Assembly (NCBI GenBank): GCA_963823335.1 | Contig: CAWGLD010000004.1 | Location: 448,001 to 512,000, forward strand | Direction of reading: 5' to 3' | Length of the DNA: 64,000 nt | Origin: an uncultured delta proteobacterium | GTDB taxonomy: Bacteria > Desulfobacterota > Desulfobacteria > Desulfobacterales > B30-G6 | Shown: one piece after another, positions 59,801-64,000 of the stretch | Position numbering within the stretch: position 1 is the first letter of the stretch | Layout of the letters: the number at the start of each line of letters is the position of its first letter | The notes under the pieces: model-generated | Databases searched by the model: none | Seen by the model: only the letters and a program-made list of their open reading frames with translations | What the model was told of the DNA's origin: nothing | Made by a program: the position numbers and the translations under genes

Positions 59801-61023
59801 AAGGCCATATAAGCATCCATGCCGAAATTAAAGGAACTGTCTCGGAACCCGATTTGTCAGCAGAAATTGTTTTTCACGATGTGGGGTACACGCTGCCGCA
59901 AATAGATCCCACCTTTAAAGAGATAAATGGAAATCTCAAATTGACGCCTTCCCACCTGTTGCTCGAAGACATAAGCGGAAAGATCGATTCAGGGAGGTTC
60001 CAGTTCAACGGAGAGGTGGCGCTGGAAAATTTTCGCCCCGGTCGCATTCGACTCGACTTGACAATCAATAATATGCCCATCACCGTTCCAGGAACGATGG
60101 ATGTTTTGATCAATACGGATCTGTCAGCTTCGGGAACAATGGAAAACATCCTTTTAGAAGGTGATCTCGTCCTAGGTGAGGGCGTATATTATAAGAAAGT
60201 ACAAACGAGCCTGCTCGAGAGCATGAAAGAACAAACCCGGACCATAGAAGTGCCCGCGAATAAAAGGAAGTCCTTTCTTTTCGACAACATCTCCTACAAT
60301 ATCAGGCTGAAATATCGCGAGCCATTTATCGTGGACAACGATATTGCCTATCTGGAAATTCATCCCGATCTGACCCTCTCCGGAACGTTGAACGACCCTG
60401 TCATCACCGGCGCAGCAAAAGTTCACGAGGGAACCATTACCTTTCAAAACAAATCTTTTGTCGTCGAAAGAGGCATCGTCAATTTTTTGAATCCCTACAA
60501 AATTGCGCCGGAGGTCGATATCGTGGGCAGTATAAATATACGGCAATGGCATATTTCCCTGATGGTGTACGGACCGCCAAACAAACTCGTGGTGGAACTG
60601 TCGTCCACACCATCGGAGGAGGATGCCGACATACTTTCGCTGCTCGTTTTCGGGAAAACCACCTATGAAATGAGAAGCGGCGGTGACGCGGATGCGGACT
60701 CTACCGAAGCACTTCTGGCGCAACTGGTAGCGACATCGTTCGGAGGGGACATCAAAAAAACCACCGGACTGGACTACCTGGAAGTTAATACCGAGGAGGG
60801 TAGAACGGAAAGTGATCCAAATATCATTAACGTGACGGTGGGAAAAGACCTTACCGATCGGATGGCCGTAAAATATACCATCGGGTCGGGAAGTGGCGAA
60901 TATCAACAACGCGCCTCCACAGAATACAAACTTATCGAATACATTATACTGAGCGGATTTCAGAGTATTGAAGGAAGTTACGGTGGTGAAATTATTTTCA
61001 GGATCGAGTTCCGTTTGTTTTAG
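56806..61023 (+). CDS. tamB: TamB/AsmA-like translocation and assembly module protein
   Basis: N-terminal anchor, long beta-rich repeats, C-terminal L.S.P...DILSLLVFG and VGK.L DUF490-like region. Confidence 0.85.
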   Translation: MKTRSKITLISIGVLASCLLVLAVSLSIFVNTDQFRNILLNKINPSIAGNLTVGGHDISLLKGKIALQNLTLENPPGNRLAALEYLMADIAFLPLLTRTLVIETLTLKKPEIRVKIDKDGVVDIVEAFNASPPVKKVQTQEESSTPFNVIAEKIWITDGDCNITSIPDNLQMDLNRITVQATADLFKKAGQIDIRVEDTALAYDTRHMKISPVTLSVLLTKDQSASVAFKAKTDFAEIALTGEVGQVLHNPDLNLDLTFDVSLSELKNLLPLPAVFSGKTNGVLTVRGDWRNPEADLRLQYSGGSLAGYPVDGLHTDLRLKDRQLLVQQLQILAGNGEISLAGNIDLQEVFPEGLVSSRIQPHKVRYALDAGLKHIDVAFLDKDTLGVKGFLNSTTAFQGAGIDFNTLSIAASMDAVLEKFFLEGMQHPIDLKMHASGKMEDGVIDSKQVTIVAAGTRLNASGMLDLPSAHIQAQLTADTENIENPLSLLGMTGNSGVCAMKADVSGSWEQPVVGLEINAKKMQFNGLRLGDVDLAANMDQNGLIKILSLKLDNQGTQAQGNGTIQLLKDKFQLHETMPLKAELKIANAQARDFLDDVPVNGSFEGEMQVHGNVRSLQASTVLSGKDVAYEKIFLGDVDTNLRFFNGKVLLDQLRIKNQTAACSLNGDIQVFEPNSWHRLSDPVLNLDLKAETPSIAAYIPDIEGNLYLDAHLDGPVSRLQGRGSVKGDQLDFSGQSVEKVTLDIELKDNRLHVQPLKVVFEAESVVTGSGWIGFDGDFALDLHSTDLLLNSIGKIKETGMVEGKMDFHVRGEGNVKSPSIYGDIHAKEVLVNNQKTDDFDFQVTLVDNQVSIKGRQTFELNLVYHLLNKNYSINLFFADTNTSPLFLIIGKKDIGGKLSGELVAQGNMASLEKSEASLDISSLSLTYLGVSFVKANRIQGNLKDQQLTLPEFHLNFLESGELKVKGSGTLDGYFDMAVDGNVPTEAAVLLLQDLTDMKGHISIHAEIKGTVSEPDLSAEIVFHDVGYTLPQIDPTFKEINGNLKLTPSHLLLEDISGKIDSGRFQFNGEVALENFRPGRIRLDLTINNMPITVPGTMDVLINTDLSASGTMENILLEGDLVLGEGVYYKKVQTSLLESMKEQTRTIEVPANKRKSFLFDNISYNIRLKYREPFIVDNDIAYLEIHPDLTLSGTLNDPVITGAAKVHEGTITFQNKSFVVERGIVNFLNPYKIAPEVDIVGSINIRQWHISLMVYGPPNKLVVELSSTPSEEDADILSLLVFGKTTYEMRSGGDADADSTEALLAQLVATSFGGDIKKTTGLDYLEVNTEEGRTESDPNIINVTVGKDLTDRMAVKYTIGSGSGEYQQRASTEYKLIEYIILSGFQSIEGSYGGEIIFRIEFRLF

Positions 61024-63778
61024 CGGCATTTTGCTGCTGCTCCTGGTGTCATTCTGTGGACAGGCTTCTGCGGCGACACTTCCGGAATCACACTACGAGA
61101 ATTCTCTGATCTGGGATATCCGGGTTGATGTCAAAGATTCCTACGGGAGTGAACAGCAATGGATCGATATGGTACAGTCTGTTGCCTCAACGTATATCAA
61201 GAAAGGAGACCAGTTTTCAAGTTTCGAAGTGACGCGTCTGGCGGACGCCCTAAAAGCCTGTCGAAGATTTCGATCCATCCACCTGGACACTGAAATGACC
61301 GAAGCCGGCCTTTTACTCCTAATCACCGTGACTCCTTTCAGGCTGATCAAAGATATCCGTATCCGAGGCAAATATCCCCTGTTTGAAAAACAAATACAAA
61401 ATGTCATGACGATCTATCCCGGAGATGCCTTTAATGCGGAAGAAGTTCACAAACAACCTGAGTTGATTGCCGAATTATACCGCAGCTACGGATATATCGC
61501 CCCGAAGATCACGATCGAAAGCACCCGGGACCTTCACAACAGTCATTATTTTCTTGTTGTTTTGATTCAAAAAGGAAAGCCGTATCGACTGCGCCGGTTC
61601 GAAATGACAGGCAACACAGCTTTCCAGACATCCGAATTGAGATGGAAAATGAAATCCGTGAGAAGTACCACCGAAAATTTTTCTGAAAAATTATTTTTAG
61701 AGGACCTGAAGAAATTAACAGCCTTTTACTGGGCTCAGCGGTTTCCGGATATTATGATCAAACATCAACTAGAAAAAAACCCACAGACAGGGGAAGTCGA
61801 AATCCAGATAGCCGTCGATGAAGGGCCTCGTTACGATGTTTCATTTGTCGGTAACACGGCCTTTGGAAACAGAGCCCTTAAAAAAGAACTCGCTCTTTTC
61901 AAATCAGGAAACCGGCGTGGTACTGGGTTGAGAAAAAGCATCCGCAACATAAATGAAAAATACCACAAGGCGGGTTATGCCGATATGACCGTCAAAGTAG
62001 AAACCGACACGGCAGTGGAGGAAACCATCTCTGTCCAGAAACTCCGTTTTATTATCGACGAGGGCATGCGCTCCATTGTCCGGAAAATCGTTATCGACGG
62101 CAACGCCTTCTTCAGCGAGAAGACGCTGAAAAAGCAGATGCTGACCCGTCCTCCCGGCTGGATGCATGACGGCGAATATGTTGCCGAAAGGCTTGACGAA
62201 GATATTCTGGCCATAGAAAACCTGTATCACGGAAACGGGTATCTGGATGTCGACGTGGAAAAAACGGTCGATTTCTCCCCTGAGCAGGAAGGTGGGGTGG
62301 TCGCGCTGAAAATTCATGAGGGGCAGCAGACCCGTGTATCCCGTGTGGCACTGGAAGGATTGACGGCCGTTCCGGAAGCGATGGTCATAAATAATATGCA
62401 GATTCAGCCAGGTCAGCCGTTTAACCACAGCAAGCTGAACAACGATGAAAAACGAATCGCCATGGTGATTTCCGAAAAGGGATATCCCTATGTAAAGGTT
62501 TCAGGCGATGCAACTTTCAATGAAGACCGGACAAAAGCCGAAGTTGTATTCAAGGTACGGCAGAACGCATATGTCAAGAGCGGCAACACCTTCCATACGG
62601 GGAATTTTCATACCAAGGAGAAAGTCCTCGACCGGGAAATGGTCATGAAACCCGGAGATCCGTTTTCATTGAAAAAAATGGCCGAGGGTCAGAAAAACAT
62701 CCGCTCCATGAACATCTTCCGCTCGGTTGCATTTCATCCCGTGGGCTTGAAGGAGGAAGCCGAAACCATCCATCTTTTCACGGAAGTGGAAGAAGAAAAA
62801 CCCTTATACTTCGAGGTGACTGGCGGGTATGACTCGGAAAAGGGCTTAAACACAACCAGCACCATTGGGGATCATAATTTTTTGGGGTCCAACAAGGACT
62901 TTAAAATCGGCGGTGAACTCAGTAAAACAGGTTATAAAGGAGAATCGCGACTTTTTGAACCCAGGTTTTTAGGTACGCGGATATCGTCTGATCTGGGTGT
63001 ATACTTTGAGCGCAGCGAACCCTTTAACCAGAATTTCGGTACAGACAAAATTGGGACCGATCTGCAGTTTTCACGAAAATGGAAAAAAAACATCAAGCTG
63101 GGGCTTGGTTTCAACTACGAGAGACGGGAACAGTACCCCAGGGGTCGTGATGTGGATGAAGACGATGTATTTGACCTCAGAAGTATCCTGTCGGTGACAC
63201 CTTCCATCAGGTTTGACAGCCGGGATAATTTTTTGAATCCAAAAAATGGTGTCTATTGGCTGTTGGAGACCGGTGTGTATAAGGGGATTGAGAACTCTCT
63301 GGATGACTTTTACAAAACGCGTTTCGACCTGAGGGCATATGTAACACCCATTAATCGATTGACGTTTGCCGGTCGTGGCAGTGTCGGTAAAATAAATCCC
63401 TATGGTTCCAAGGGGAGGATACCGGATGACCAGTTGTTTTTTCTGGGCGGTACAACCACTGTCCGGGGGTTCGATGAAAACCAGCTTTTAACAGATTATG
63501 ACAATGACCCTGTGGGGGGGAAATTGATGTTCCTGGGAAATGCAGAGACGAGAATCGATCTTGGTTCGAATTTCGAACTTTCCTTTTTTTACGACATCGG
63601 GAATCTCGGCAAGACCTCCGGTGACGAAAGGTCTGACAAGATCCGTTCTTCAACGGGAGTCGGCCTCCGGTATGTTACACCGGTTGGAGCCGTCGGGTTG
63701 GTCTATGGATACAAAATCAACCCTGAACCGTACGAGAGTTCCGGTAAATTTCATTTCTCCATCGGCTATACCTTTTAG
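60986..63778 (+). CDS. Omp85 family (BamA/TamA-like) protein with multiple POTRA domains
   Basis: Signal peptide after GTG 60986, repeated POTRA motifs (..EG....GN..F), VRGF loop, terminal F. Confidence 0.88.
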   Translation: MKLFSGSSSVCFSGILLLLLVSFCGQASAATLPESHYENSLIWDIRVDVKDSYGSEQQWIDMVQSVASTYIKKGDQFSSFEVTRLADALKACRRFRSIHLDTEMTEAGLLLLITVTPFRLIKDIRIRGKYPLFEKQIQNVMTIYPGDAFNAEEVHKQPELIAELYRSYGYIAPKITIESTRDLHNSHYFLVVLIQKGKPYRLRRFEMTGNTAFQTSELRWKMKSVRSTTENFSEKLFLEDLKKLTAFYWAQRFPDIMIKHQLEKNPQTGEVEIQIAVDEGPRYDVSFVGNTAFGNRALKKELALFKSGNRRGTGLRKSIRNINEKYHKAGYADMTVKVETDTAVEETISVQKLRFIIDEGMRSIVRKIVIDGNAFFSEKTLKKQMLTRPPGWMHDGEYVAERLDEDILAIENLYHGNGYLDVDVEKTVDFSPEQEGGVVALKIHEGQQTRVSRVALEGLTAVPEAMVINNMQIQPGQPFNHSKLNNDEKRIAMVISEKGYPYVKVSGDATFNEDRTKAEVVFKVRQNAYVKSGNTFHTGNFHTKEKVLDREMVMKPGDPFSLKKMAEGQKNIRSMNIFRSVAFHPVGLKEEAETIHLFTEVEEEKPLYFEVTGGYDSEKGLNTTSTIGDHNFLGSNKDFKIGGELSKTGYKGESRLFEPRFLGTRISSDLGVYFERSEPFNQNFGTDKIGTDLQFSRKWKKNIKLGLGFNYERREQYPRGRDVDEDDVFDLRSILSVTPSIRFDSRDNFLNPKNGVYWLLETGVYKGIENSLDDFYKTRFDLRAYVTPINRLTFAGRGSVGKINPYGSKGRIPDDQLFFLGGTTTVRGFDENQLLTDYDNDPVGGKLMFLGNAETRIDLGSNFELSFFYDIGNLGKTSGDERSDKIRSSTGVGLRYVTPVGAVGLVYGYKINPEPYESSGKFHFSIGYTF

Positions 63779-64000
63779 GGTTGATAATCTTTGAGAAATA
63801 ATGCCACGACAATACCGCCGGCAGATATCAACAAACTGCCGATGACGAACACATGCGAAAGACCAAACATATCAAGGATGATCCCCGAAAGGATGGGGGA
63901 CACAATCATACCCAGACTCCAGGCGGCATCGGTTAAACTCATCAGAGATGCCATACCCATGGTGCGCCCGAGTTTTGCGGTAATGACAAGCCCACCAGGC
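63775..64000 (-). CDS. MFS transporter C-terminal part (starts beyond window)
   Basis: Hydrophobic helices, G..VSPILSG..LD.FG. Confidence 0.7.
   Translation of the reverse strand, partial: PGGLVITAKLGRTMGMASLMSLTDAAWSLGMIVSPILSGIILDMFGLSHVFVIGSLLISAGGIVVALFLKDYQP

Noticed and set aside
1-64000. CRISPR array or cas genes
   Set aside because: No regularly spaced 23-47-nt repeats with unique spacers; the short arrays are 7-9-nt tandem units

Overview
Chromosomal window from an anaerobic deltaproteobacterium, probably Desulfobacterales (inferred from gene content, IHF paralogs and repeat style; not proven). The core backbone is smc(3')-ftsY, usp-mrpABCDEFG, acyP/ligA-like/nucleoside phosphorylase, glyQS, GHMP kinase, recO, mgtE, two SurA-type genes, mfd, acnA, PBP1A/SPOR, birA-bioY-ecfAT, trkAH, tamB-Omp85 and an MFS 3' end. 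There are three tRNA genes (Thr-CGT, Lys-TTT, Glu-TTC). Two small integrase-less islands are anchored at tRNA-Thr (degenerate attR at 27211-27256) and tRNA-Glu (exact 87-bp repeat at 47927-48013). An accessory tract at ~48-56.5 kb holds an HDAC+GNAT pair, a sulfatase, a Lys-rich coiled-coil/winged-helix protein, and IS200 and group II intron relics. Main observations not in the ORF track: (1) a 67-aa LITAF/BRI3-like zinc-ribbon membrane protein gene with a sigma54-type promoter, which is restored in frame by removing an IS5 insertion; (2) a MITE family sharing its terminal repeat with that IS5, one copy carrying two nested 26-nt modules; (3) a candidate Rok/H-NS-style nucleoid protein; (4) many intergenic inverted arrays of 7-9-nt tandem repeats. 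No CRISPR array was seen. All protein calls come from motif recognition by eye; no database searches were run.
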